Shown: one piece after another, positions 43,352 to 51,681 of the stretch
Numbering within the stretch: the first letter of the stretch is position 1
Layout of the letters: the number at the start of each line of letters is the position of its first letter
Origin: a virus
Length of the DNA stretch: 64,000 nucleotides
Reading direction: 5' to 3' (one strand)
IMG/VR virus record: IMGVR_UViG_3300029305_006397
The notes under the pieces: model-generated
Seen by the model: the letters and a program-made list of their open reading frames with translations, nothing else
Told to the model about the DNA's origin: nothing
Database searches by the model: none
Program-made: the position numbers and the translations under genes

Positions 43352-43633
43352 TCACCACTTTCCTTTTGAAAAAGCATCTGCTAATTTTTGAGCTGCTTCA
43401 GCTACGTTTTGCATTCCGTCTAAAACGCCGCACATTTCGCGATCCCATATAAGACAAAAACGAACCAGTCTTTTTGCCCTGTTGCGCACAGGAGGGATGC
43501 CATGATTTCTTAGGTAGTTATTAGAGAAGTATAAAAGGATATACCATACATCAACATTTTGAGAAAGCAGAAGGGATATATAAGGACTCTTCTGGGCTTC
43601 TTTTTGTAAAAACTGATCGATTTTATTCTTCAT
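43352..43633 (-). CDS. hypothetical protein ('N(Y/F)LRNHG' paralog A)
   Basis: SNNYLRNHGIPPVRNRAKRL parallels PNNFLRNHGYHALRRIKAMRRL of the upstream gene. Confidence 0.5.
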   Translation of the reverse strand: MKNKIDQFLQKEAQKSPYISLLLSQNVDVWYILLYFSNNYLRNHGIPPVRNRAKRLVRFCLIWDREMCGVLDGMQNVAEAAQKLADAFSKGKW

Positions 43634-43946
43634 AAGCAATCACCGGAGCTCCATACGGAACATCTTTAATATCTACCATATTGTTTATAAAATTTGAGAT
43701 AGTACCGCTAATGCTGCGCTCAATTTCCGCTTGAATGGCATAGAAAAACGGCATTTGAGATCGCTTCATCGCCAAACGGCGCATGGCCTTTATACGGCGA
43801 AGCGCATGATAACCATGGTTGCGAAGAAAGTTGTTTGGAATGAAGTACAGAATATCTTTTCTGGGAATGCCTGAGAATCGCATGAAATGTACGAATCCCG
43901 CATGACGTTTTTCATATGCTGCTATAACACAATCAAGTTTATCCAT
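43623..43946 (-). CDS. hypothetical protein ('N(Y/F)LRNHG' paralog B)
   Basis: 107 aa. Paralog relationship as described for 43352-43633. Confidence 0.5.
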   Translation of the reverse strand: MDKLDCVIAAYEKRHAGFVHFMRFSGIPRKDILYFIPNNFLRNHGYHALRRIKAMRRLAMKRSQMPFFYAIQAEIERSISGTISNFINNMVDIKDVPYGAPVIAYEE

Positions 43947-44334
43947 TTGGTTCCTCCAACAGTTTTACACGATAAATGCCTTCGTTTTTATAATGATCGA
44001 GAATTTCATAGGTAGACATGACATCGTTGAATCGCACTGAATCGTCAATTACAATTTCGTATTCCATATGCGTATTATGATATTGACGATAAAGGCTGAT
44101 ATCCCCAATAATGGTTAATACAACAAAGAGCAATGAAATCATGGCTAAAAATGCTTTCGCTATGGATAAGTCTTTAGGATGAATACATGATTTTTTGAAA
44201 CCAGGGTATATAAGCTTCCAGTATGCAAAAATCGCCAATAGCATTAAAGCACTTGTAAATATTCCTGTGCCAAGTGTATCTGCCAGTGAACGTTCACGGC
44301 ACAAAATTTCAGACATTATGGTTACGCCATTCAT
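43939..44334 (-). CDS. two-TM membrane protein in the early region
   Basis: TM segments GIFTSALMLLAIFAYWKLIY and AFLAMISLLFVVLTIIGDISLY. ATG 44334 follows GGAGGAAG. The longer track ORF overlaps the upstream gene. Confidence 0.5.
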   Translation of the reverse strand: MNGVTIMSEILCRERSLADTLGTGIFTSALMLLAIFAYWKLIYPGFKKSCIHPKDLSIAKAFLAMISLLFVVLTIIGDISLYRQYHNTHMEYEIVIDDSVRFNDVMSTYEILDHYKNEGIYRVKLLEEPNG

Positions 44335-44593
44335 TAAGTTCTTCCTCCTCACAAGGAATTGTAATAAGATAAAGAGCGTTATCTTCATCGGGCATTAATC
44401 TGAGATCATTGAAGGAATATGGAGCCTTATATTTTTCATCTACCAAGACATCGTTGATATAGAAATAATTAGTTTCTCGATCATATTTGATTGAAATAGG
44501 CCCATGCTGTGTATTGAATTTGAAAATACAATAAGGAACATTCAATTCATCACAGAAGCTTTTTATATCTTGAAAATTAAATTTGAACATCAT
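44309..44593 (-). CDS. hypothetical protein
   Basis: 94 aa, operon context only. Confidence 0.45.
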   Translation of the reverse strand: MMFKFNFQDIKSFCDELNVPYCIFKFNTQHGPISIKYDRETNYFYINDVLVDEKYKAPYSFNDLRLMPDEDNALYLITIPCEEEELNEWRNHNV

Positions 44594-44778
44594 TAATTCT
44601 CCTTATAGAAAGGTTCGTTCCATTCAAATCTTTTGAGGTTAGCTCCGCATTCAGGACAAATATAATACATTCCCATGTTGAAGAATCCGCATTTGCATTT
44701 ACGTTCAACGCATTTGATTGAGGAGATAAATTCAATATCAATCGCGTACAAATCCGATTTCATTGGCTTTAACGGCAC
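44593..44778 (-). CDS. zinc-ribbon mini-protein
   Basis: 61 aa with C.C....CPECG pairs. Confidence 0.45.
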   Translation of the reverse strand: MPLKPMKSDLYAIDIEFISSIKCVERKCKCGFFNMGMYYICPECGANLKRFEWNEPFYKEN

Positions 44779-45164
44779 TATTCTTCACCTGCCCGTAAAA
44801 CATCGCAAACCATATCAGCTAATTCCTCTGCTTCATCGAAATAATCACGAATGCAATCGTGGCGTATATCCCAGGCATATTTTTCAATTATGATAGATTG
44901 CCGTTCTGTAAGATCGTTGGAGTAAGCAATGGCAGCAACCACATCATTGCGCATTTCCTGTTGACGGCGTTGTTTTTCTTGGGAAATCGCCAATCTCTTT
45001 TCCGCGACCTGACAATTGTATTTTTCAATCATTTCGCGATTTTCTTTGATTGAAAGATTTTCATCAAACACATGGTTTCTAGTTACAGGATAGGGCCATG
45101 TTTCGTTGACAGAATAATTTCCCATTTCGTAATTATTGCGAACATCATATAAAGTAGTTCTCAT
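44778..45164 (-). CDS. hypothetical protein
   Basis: ATG 45164 follows GAGGT. 128 aa. Confidence 0.45.
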   Translation of the reverse strand: MRTTLYDVRNNYEMGNYSVNETWPYPVTRNHVFDENLSIKENREMIEKYNCQVAEKRLAISQEKQRRQQEMRNDVVAAIAYSNDLTERQSIIIEKYAWDIRHDCIRDYFDEAEELADMVCDVLRAGEE

Positions 45165-45172
45165 ATGTACCT

Positions 45173-45475
45173 CTAAATCCAATGGATATTTTCTTTATTG
45201 CAATGGATCATCGAATGAAAAAATACATCTCTAATAATTTCAGTAGTGCGTAGAGATTCATCTATCCACATGCGATCCAATTTTAATCCACGAGCAGATT
45301 CGGTTGGCTTTACCCATCGCAAAATACAACCATTAGTAAACCTGACTTCCATGCGATAAGAGCCGTTGACCCTTTGAACGACTTCAGAATCAATTTTTGT
45401 TTCGATTTGTGACATAGCTTTTTCGGCTTTAGTTCGATCATTTGTAATTACTGCCCACATAGGCATATTCAACAT
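45173..45475 (-). CDS. hypothetical protein
   Basis: 100 aa. Its start overlaps the upstream stop (ATGTTGA). Confidence 0.45.
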   Translation of the reverse strand: MLNMPMWAVITNDRTKAEKAMSQIETKIDSEVVQRVNGSYRMEVRFTNGCILRWVKPTESARGLKLDRMWIDESLRTTEIIRDVFFHSMIHCNKENIHWI

Positions 45476-45660
45476 CTCACTTTCATTTCAGATTTGCAAT
45501 ATGGGCATAAACTCCCATAATTAGAATCATCAGAATCCCAGGATTTTGTTTCCTTTTTCAGGTTGCGGATGGTATCAGGAGAATACCATCCGCTTGCATT
45601 TGCAACCTTACCACATTTGCGACACGAAACTTCGCACCAGATTATAAGACGTTTTTTCAT
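45469..45660 (-). CDS. zinc-ribbon mini-protein
   Basis: 63 aa with CRKCGK .. CPYCK. Confidence 0.45.
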   Translation of the reverse strand: MKKRLIIWCEVSCRKCGKVANASGWYSPDTIRNLKKETKSWDSDDSNYGSLCPYCKSEMKVRC

Positions 45661-45945
45661 TTACATCTTTCCCCATCCAATTGGATCACCGAATATATCA
45701 GTAAAAGATTTAAGAATTTTATCTTCAGGATGTCCGCCAGGAACATAATCCGGACAGTTTATAATGCACTTCATGGAAGGAATTTCCTTTCCAAGAGAGC
45801 ATTGAATTTTAATCATACCAGTGGCATTGCCACAAGTGGTACATGCCCTGACCGAAGGATTATTGGGACACACTGATTCATGATCTAATATTTCTTTATG
45901 AGTGCCCATTTGCTGACAATATTCACATTTGAAAACAAGATTCAT
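45661..45945 (-). CDS. Cys-rich mini-protein
   Basis: 94 aa with CEYCQQ .. CPNN .. CTTCGN .. C..C. Confidence 0.45.
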   Translation of the reverse strand: MNLVFKCEYCQQMGTHKEILDHESVCPNNPSVRACTTCGNATGMIKIQCSLGKEIPSMKCIINCPDYVPGGHPEDKILKSFTDIFGDPIGWGKM

Positions 45946-45957
45946 TAAATCACCGCC

Positions 45958-46428
45958 TTAATATCGAGCACGGTTGAACGCTGCTTCAACTTCGGCAGCA
46001 ATCATATTGCGCACTCTTTCTGTGTAATTGTACTCGCTGGAAAACAAGGCAGCGTCCATACGGGAGAACATAACAGAAGTAAAAACACGAGGAAGCATAT
46101 CAAGCATGATGTTTTTCAAATGATCTTCGTTGAAATCTTCGGAAAAGATTTTTTTCATGATTTCATTAACACGCCGTTCGATTGTTTCTTTTGTGATTTT
46201 TTCAATGAGGTTTTTGCCTTCGGGCGTATAACCACACCAACAACGATCAAGATATTGATTGTATGCTTCTTCCACCTTATTGTGAATAACACTGGATATT
46301 GTTGACGCAATTTTAGATTCAAGGTCGTGCGAATCCGCGATGTCCATTTGTGCTATTTTTTGAGTAATTTGAGTATTGATCGAATCATAATCGATTTTAT
46401 TGAGATCGAGTTCAATTTCTAACTTCAT
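45958..46428 (-). CDS. hypothetical protein
   Basis: 156 aa, helical. Confidence 0.5.
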   Translation of the reverse strand: MKLEIELDLNKIDYDSINTQITQKIAQMDIADSHDLESKIASTISSVIHNKVEEAYNQYLDRCWCGYTPEGKNLIEKITKETIERRVNEIMKKIFSEDFNEDHLKNIMLDMLPRVFTSVMFSRMDAALFSSEYNYTERVRNMIAAEVEAAFNRARY

Positions 46429-46441
46429 ATCATTTACCTTT

Positions 46442-46696
46442 TTATGTTTTCATCAGGCCGCGCCATTCAAAACAATCATTTATATATTCATTAGGATTGC
46501 GTTTGCCCTGGCAATCATTCGGATCATCTCTATCATGTTTACAGAAATCGCAAATGGTTCTTCGCTTAATGAAATATGCAAGTTCTGTAAGATCAGCAAT
46601 GGCAGCATCGCGCTCTTTTTTAAGACGATCCATTTGTGCTAAAAGACCATCACTTAAATTATTGCCATTTCTCCATTTGATTTCATTTAATTCCAT
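46442..46696 (-). CDS. hypothetical Cys-containing protein
   Basis: ATG 46696 overlaps the upstream stop by 14 nt. The longer track ORF would run antisense-free but fully inside the neighbouring gene. Confidence 0.45.
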   Translation of the reverse strand: MELNEIKWRNGNNLSDGLLAQMDRLKKERDAAIADLTELAYFIKRRTICDFCKHDRDDPNDCQGKRNPNEYINDCFEWRGLMKT

Positions 46697-46994
46697 CAAG
46701 CACCGCCATCCCTTCGATAATCCGAATAAACTTTCCGGATTCCCGGTCAAATTCTGCTTTGAGATTCCAGCATTCTTCGCAATTCTTTGCATTCTTAGGG
46801 CATCCGAACTTGCCATCACCCTTTTTGAAGCCTAAACCAGCTTCTTTGATACAGAGCATGGAGTCGATATAGGACTTAGGGTTTTTAGGATAAATGCTAT
46901 TTACCCTACCATATTTATTGTTTTCCGGGATTTCAGGATGGAGTTGATTGTAAGCTTCTAAAAAAGTGCAATACCGAGTATTTACAGATAACAT
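46683..46994 (-). CDS. hypothetical Cys-containing protein
   Basis: 103 aa. Contains ..CPKNAKNCEECWNLK... Confidence 0.45.
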   Translation of the reverse strand: MLSVNTRYCTFLEAYNQLHPEIPENNKYGRVNSIYPKNPKSYIDSMLCIKEAGLGFKKGDGKFGCPKNAKNCEECWNLKAEFDRESGKFIRIIEGMAVLDGIK

Positions 46995-47008
46995 AGAATC
47001 ACCCGGCC

Positions 47009-47542
47009 TTACTTATCAGTGGAACCAAACCCACCAACACGGACGCCATCTGCAGTATCATCGTCTGTTACGCCGAAGGGTAGGAAGATGCCCTGGGCAA
47101 AGGCTTTACCACGGTCGATTTCAATCGCTTTACTAATGGAGCTATCGTTTACCAATTTGATAAAGATGTGGCCTTCATTATCTGCATTGTAATAATCAGA
47201 ATCGATAATACCGACAGTGTTTGCAAGGCGGATACCGTATTTAAACCCAAGGCCGGAACGAGGGAATGCAGTAAGCACCCATCCATTTTCAATACGGCAG
47301 CGAATACCAGTGGGAATTTTATAAGACTCAAGAGAACGAACAACAAATCTATTCGGGGCAAAGAAATCATAGCCAGCAGAGCCAGATGTGCTGCGCTTGG
47401 GAAGCCGGATAGAATCATAAATATTGCGAATATGATCTTTCATCCATTCGTTATCTTCGGACAAATCAATATCAAAGGTTTCTACCCAATCCTTTTCAAA
47501 TTGTTCATATGATACTTTTTCAAAATGAGCGACAACATTCAT
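47009..47542 (-). CDS. dut: dUTP diphosphatase (trimeric dUTPase)
   Basis: Motifs SGSAGYDFFAP, RSGLGFKYGIRLANTVGIIDSDY and RVGGFGSTD. Confidence 0.9.
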   Translation of the reverse strand: MNVVAHFEKVSYEQFEKDWVETFDIDLSEDNEWMKDHIRNIYDSIRLPKRSTSGSAGYDFFAPNRFVVRSLESYKIPTGIRCRIENGWVLTAFPRSGLGFKYGIRLANTVGIIDSDYYNADNEGHIFIKLVNDSSISKAIEIDRGKAFAQGIFLPFGVTDDDTADGVRVGGFGSTDK

Positions 47543-47562
47543 AAAATCAGCCTTCTTTCAAT

Positions 47563-47853
47563 TTAATCATCAAAGGAGTTCAATTTGATCATTTCAGGAT
47601 TTTCGATCAAATTATCTAAAGCTTCTGCTTGATCTTCGTTGAGCCAATATGGATATAGATTAATGCAATTCGGATCATTAGATTCAAATTGTATTACCGC
47701 AACACCAAGATCAATTTCGCCAGCATCATATTCAGAACAAACGATATAGCCATTATTCATAAGAAACACAACTGCCTGACCAATTGCAGTTTCAAATTCA
47801 TTTTTTGTTTTATAATGATCTTTCAGAATTACGAGAGTATTTATTTTGTTCAT
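47563..47853 (-). CDS. hypothetical protein
   Basis: 96 aa, acidic. Confidence 0.45.
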   Translation of the reverse strand: MNKINTLVILKDHYKTKNEFETAIGQAVVFLMNNGYIVCSEYDAGEIDLGVAVIQFESNDPNCINLYPYWLNEDQAEALDNLIENPEMIKLNSFDD

Positions 47854-48222
47854 TTAATCCACTTTAGTTGTTTCAATATAGAATAACTTTTCTCTATGCT
47901 TCACAGATGTTCCAACCCTACCGGATTCAAGGTCATTTAGATAGTTAAATACCCAATCCCAATTTTCAAAATGATACCCGCCAGCATAACCAAAGATCAG
48001 GTTGTCCATGGAGCAAACCATACTTCCCTTGGGAATCCCATTATATGTATAGGAACATGGATAGATATGAAGAATAGAATATTCAGAATTTTCAGGGCAG
48101 TAGACGAGAACATAATGTTCGGATACACCGCAAACCTTAAATACACCATCCCAGTCATTGATGCGAACCAAATCTCCGCGACACAAAGAAGCGACCGCAG
48201 ACTGGATTTCATCATTCTTCAT
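47854..48222 (-). CDS. hypothetical protein
   Basis: ATG 48222 follows GGGGTGA and overlaps the upstream stop. 122 aa. Confidence 0.45.
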   Translation of the reverse strand: MKNDEIQSAVASLCRGDLVRINDWDGVFKVCGVSEHYVLVYCPENSEYSILHIYPCSYTYNGIPKGSMVCSMDNLIFGYAGGYHFENWDWVFNYLNDLESGRVGTSVKHREKLFYIETTKVD

Positions 48223-48562
48223 TATTATCACCCCAACACATGCCAAGTTCTTCAAGGGCTTCTGTAATGCAAGCTTTAACTTCTTCGGCATCGATTTCAT
48301 AATCATCGAGCCATTCCTGGATAGGCAAATTTGCCTTCAGGAATTTATAAATCCATTCAGAAAGGCCATACGGATTGTGACCGGAAACAGATGCATTCTC
48401 AGGAAGATTCATCATGGAGCAATCCCTGAAATTATGAGCAAAACCATCTACGCCAACAATAAGTTTCGTACCTTTGGGAAGAACTTCCTGGGTTCCGGTA
48501 AATTCACGTTCGGTTACAATATCTTGATTCGTAGTAAGAATTTGACCGATGTTATAAGTCAT
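48212..48562 (-). CDS. hypothetical protein
   Basis: 116 aa, operon context only. Confidence 0.45.
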   Translation of the reverse strand: MTYNIGQILTTNQDIVTEREFTGTQEVLPKGTKLIVGVDGFAHNFRDCSMMNLPENASVSGHNPYGLSEWIYKFLKANLPIQEWLDDYEIDAEEVKACITEALEELGMCWGDNNEE

Positions 48563-49052
48563 AAAGCATTACCTCCGAAAGCTGCCATTGATTATTTTTC
48601 TTTTGCCATATGCGCTGATTGCTGCTACCTCTGAAATGCAGGGAAACATCGCGCTGTTTTTGAATAAATGGGCCATCTATAAGATATGCGCATTTATCAA
48701 GTAATGCCGCCATATCGGGATCGGCCTGAATTTCCTCTATGGTGAAACCGGAATAACACCAAAGATTGTTTTGGGGAATATGAAGTTTCTCAACGATAGG
48801 AATAAGATCTTTAGCTGAATACATTGGATCGCCACCAGATAAAACCAATGCATTTAAATAAGGACGCTTGTCAATTTCCTTATTAATTTTCTCAATCAGT
48901 GAATCATCCAGCGGTTCACCGAAATCAAAAGAATGAGTTTGAGGAGAATGGCAACCGGGGCAATTATGGTTGCATCCACTAATAAAGAGAACACAAGATA
49001 CCCCGATTGCATCCACAAAAGATTCATAGGTTAGGCCGCAAAGATTAGGCAT
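48552..49052 (-). CDS. nrdG: anaerobic ribonucleotide reductase activating protein (radical SAM)
   Basis: CxxxCxxC cluster in FISGCNHNCPGCHSP. ATG 49052 follows AAGGA and overlaps the nrdD stop. Confidence 0.85.
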   Translation of the reverse strand: MPNLCGLTYESFVDAIGVSCVLFISGCNHNCPGCHSPQTHSFDFGEPLDDSLIEKINKEIDKRPYLNALVLSGGDPMYSAKDLIPIVEKLHIPQNNLWCYSGFTIEEIQADPDMAALLDKCAYLIDGPFIQKQRDVSLHFRGSSNQRIWQKKNNQWQLSEVMLYDL

Positions 49053-51282
49053 TATTGATTTCCTTTGCATCGATATATTGGCTGTGCTTTACGCGCTGCC
49101 CTACTTCTGCCTGTTTTCCATCGTTGAAATTATGGTAGTCGCTAGTGAGATATCCGGTGACGCGGCGCAACTGCTGGATATTTGTACTGCCGCATTCAGG
49201 ACAATGATCGTTAAATTCGCCCTGATAACCGCAATCAAGACAGGAATCAATGGGGAAATTAAAGGCCAGATACGGGATATCCAATTCGCGGAAAGCGTAG
49301 TCAATGATATCTTCGACTGCCTGAGTGTTCTTAACGAATGTAGAATCGAGTTCTACATAAGTAATGCATCCTCCGGTAGGATACTTGCAGAACGGAGCCT
49401 CGATACGAAGCTTATCATAGATAGAAACTTTCTCCCACACGGGAACATGATGGGAATTGGTAAGGTATTCGCGAGAGGTTACATTTTCAATGACACCATA
49501 TTGCTTACGCAGGGCCTGTAATGCAGTTCTGCAAAGACCTTCTGCCGGAGTTGCATAGCAGCTAAAATTCAAGTTATTACGTTCAGATGCCTCTGCAGCA
49601 AAACGATTAATTCGATAGACTACATTCAAAGCAAACACCAGCGCTTTTTCATCCTGTGCGTGATTTTTGCCAAACATAGCCTGACACATTTCTGCAATGC
49701 CGATATAACCGATGGCGAGAGTATTATGCTTCAAAGCATTAAACACATCTTCTTCGCAAGCACGGGCATCCTGAATGGTATTATTCTGATACATAAAAGG
49801 TGCAGATTTGGGAGACTGACGAATCATGATTTCAAATCTCTCAAGCAGACCTTTTTCCGCAAGTTTCAAGGTTTCTTCGAAGGCGTCCCAGAAACCATCC
49901 AGATCAGGTTCAGTACGTTTACCCTGGCAGATACCAAATTCGATACCAAGTTTAGGCAGAACGATGGTAACAGGAGTGTTATTTCCCCTACCCTGCCGGA
50001 TATATCCAAGGCCATGGCGATCAAACCCAATGAGAGTTCTGCAACCCATGGTACTGAAATATGTATCAGGATTTTCAGGGTCTTCATGTGCCTGAGACCA
50101 ATCGCAATTGCACCAATTGGGATAAATGCGCTTGGACATAGAATCCAAAGCAAGCTTTTTCAGATCGTAATTTGCATCACCAGCTTCGGCATTGGTTCCT
50201 TGCTTATACTGAAAGATGGAGATCGGAAAAATGGATGTAAGATGATGTTTGCCGATACCGTCAAGACTTGCCTCCATAATCCAACGAGTAACCATTCGAC
50301 CTTCGGTAGAAGTATCACGGCCAAGATTGATAGAAGTAAAGGGAACCTGGGAACCTTGGCGAGATTCGAGTGTATTGAGATTGTGGTAAAGACCCTGGGC
50401 GGACTGCTTGCCTTCCTTTTCCAGCATATCCATGGCATACTGATAAGCTTTTTCAGAATATGCCTTGTAATCAGGATCATCAATGGACATATCAGGATGG
50501 AAAGAATAATCCAATTCACGACCATCAATATACTTGACACCATCCTTATAATGCTTGAAGAAGGATTTCTTTACGAAAGGAGCCAGATCATAATCCAAAT
50601 GAATGGTTCCAACGCCGCCGAACTGAACTTGACTTTGGCACTGGAATGCAACGGCTACAAGCTGACATGCAGTGGAGAAATTAGACGGCGGACGAACATC
50701 GCCATTGCGAGTTTTAAATCCATAGGTGAAAATTTCCTGGAAATTGAGTTGCAAGCAATTATGAATGCCGTATACTGCTTTTTCCAGATCATGCTGATAG
50801 ACGAGCATTTCCTTATGCGCATCGGCAACTTCTTTGGAAAGACCGCCGAAATCAAGGGCGATAATTTTGCCGATATCGGCAGAAGCTTCCTTTTCGCGAC
50901 CAGAGAAAGACTTTTCATCTACATTGGCATTGGAGCGATTATCAACTTTGAAATCAACACGCTCCATTACGCGCTGCACAAGTTTGGAATTTCGATCTCG
51001 AATCTTGGTACGCTCATTACGATAGAGAATATATGCCTTTGCCACATCGGGGCGAGAGGACTGCATGAGCTGCGTTTCCACAATATCCTGAATTTCTTCG
51101 ACGGACAGCGTATCGATCCGCATATTTTCGATATGATCAGCAATTCGATTAGCGATAGAAAAACCTTCGCTTATTTCGAGTGCGTTTTTGTCAACATCAC
51201 TAAAAGCCTTCATAATGGCAGCTGAAATCTTTTCTTTATTGAACGGTACTTTCCTGCCATCGCGTTTAATTACATAGAGCAT
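49045..51282 (-). CDS. nrdD: anaerobic ribonucleoside-triphosphate reductase
   Basis: N-terminal ATP-cone (VIKRDGRKVPFNKEKI). C-terminal Zn site CLDCGY..CPECGS. Glycyl-radical motif RRVTGYL. Confidence 0.9.
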   Translation of the reverse strand: MLYVIKRDGRKVPFNKEKISAAIMKAFSDVDKNALEISEGFSIANRIADHIENMRIDTLSVEEIQDIVETQLMQSSRPDVAKAYILYRNERTKIRDRNSKLVQRVMERVDFKVDNRSNANVDEKSFSGREKEASADIGKIIALDFGGLSKEVADAHKEMLVYQHDLEKAVYGIHNCLQLNFQEIFTYGFKTRNGDVRPPSNFSTACQLVAVAFQCQSQVQFGGVGTIHLDYDLAPFVKKSFFKHYKDGVKYIDGRELDYSFHPDMSIDDPDYKAYSEKAYQYAMDMLEKEGKQSAQGLYHNLNTLESRQGSQVPFTSINLGRDTSTEGRMVTRWIMEASLDGIGKHHLTSIFPISIFQYKQGTNAEAGDANYDLKKLALDSMSKRIYPNWCNCDWSQAHEDPENPDTYFSTMGCRTLIGFDRHGLGYIRQGRGNNTPVTIVLPKLGIEFGICQGKRTEPDLDGFWDAFEETLKLAEKGLLERFEIMIRQSPKSAPFMYQNNTIQDARACEEDVFNALKHNTLAIGYIGIAEMCQAMFGKNHAQDEKALVFALNVVYRINRFAAEASERNNLNFSCYATPAEGLCRTALQALRKQYGVIENVTSREYLTNSHHVPVWEKVSIYDKLRIEAPFCKYPTGGCITYVELDSTFVKNTQAVEDIIDYAFRELDIPYLAFNFPIDSCLDCGYQGEFNDHCPECGSTNIQQLRRVTGYLTSDYHNFNDGKQAEVGQRVKHSQYIDAKEINNA

Positions 51283-51296
51283 AAAATCACTTCCCT

Positions 51297-51680
51297 TTAA
51301 TCATTTTGTTCAAGAGTTGCTTCAATACAATTTATATACTTACTGATTTCAGCAATCTGTTTATCCGATAATTCTCTACAAAGCTTTTCATCTATTTCTT
51401 TGGTGATAGAATACTTTTTCGAATAGATGTTCTGAGCACATTTTACCACCGCATTTCTTTTATTAATTTCCTTATCAATATCGACAAATGAAGTACGGTT
51501 TGAATATTCCTCTCCATCCGTCATTACGAATTTTGTTCTAGCAGGGGTAATCCTTGCGATTTGTTTTGTTTCAACATAATCGTATCTGAAATTACCCCAT
51601 CCAATAGAAACGCGAACAGGAATGCCAACATAATCCCCGACCTGTAAAGTACTTTTATCTATATATCGATAGTTGTACAT
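51297..51680 (-). CDS. hypothetical protein
   Basis: 127 aa, operon context only. Confidence 0.45.
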   Translation of the reverse strand: MYNYRYIDKSTLQVGDYVGIPVRVSIGWGNFRYDYVETKQIARITPARTKFVMTDGEEYSNRTSFVDIDKEINKRNAVVKCAQNIYSKKYSITKEIDEKLCRELSDKQIAEISKYINCIEATLEQND

Positions 51681-51681
51681 A

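Noticed and set aside
46442-46819. Full 125-aa track ORF
   Set aside because: Its first 41 codons lie inside the 46683-46994 gene in another frame. The internal ATG at 46696 gives the usual short start/stop overlap seen throughout this operon.
49660-51225. 521-aa plus-strand ORF, with further plus-strand ORFs at 49078-49521 and 49826-50095
   Set aside because: It lies entirely antisense to nrdD, whose ATP-cone, Zn site and glycyl-radical motif are unambiguous. The translation is low-complexity (I/F/L-rich) and has no SD.
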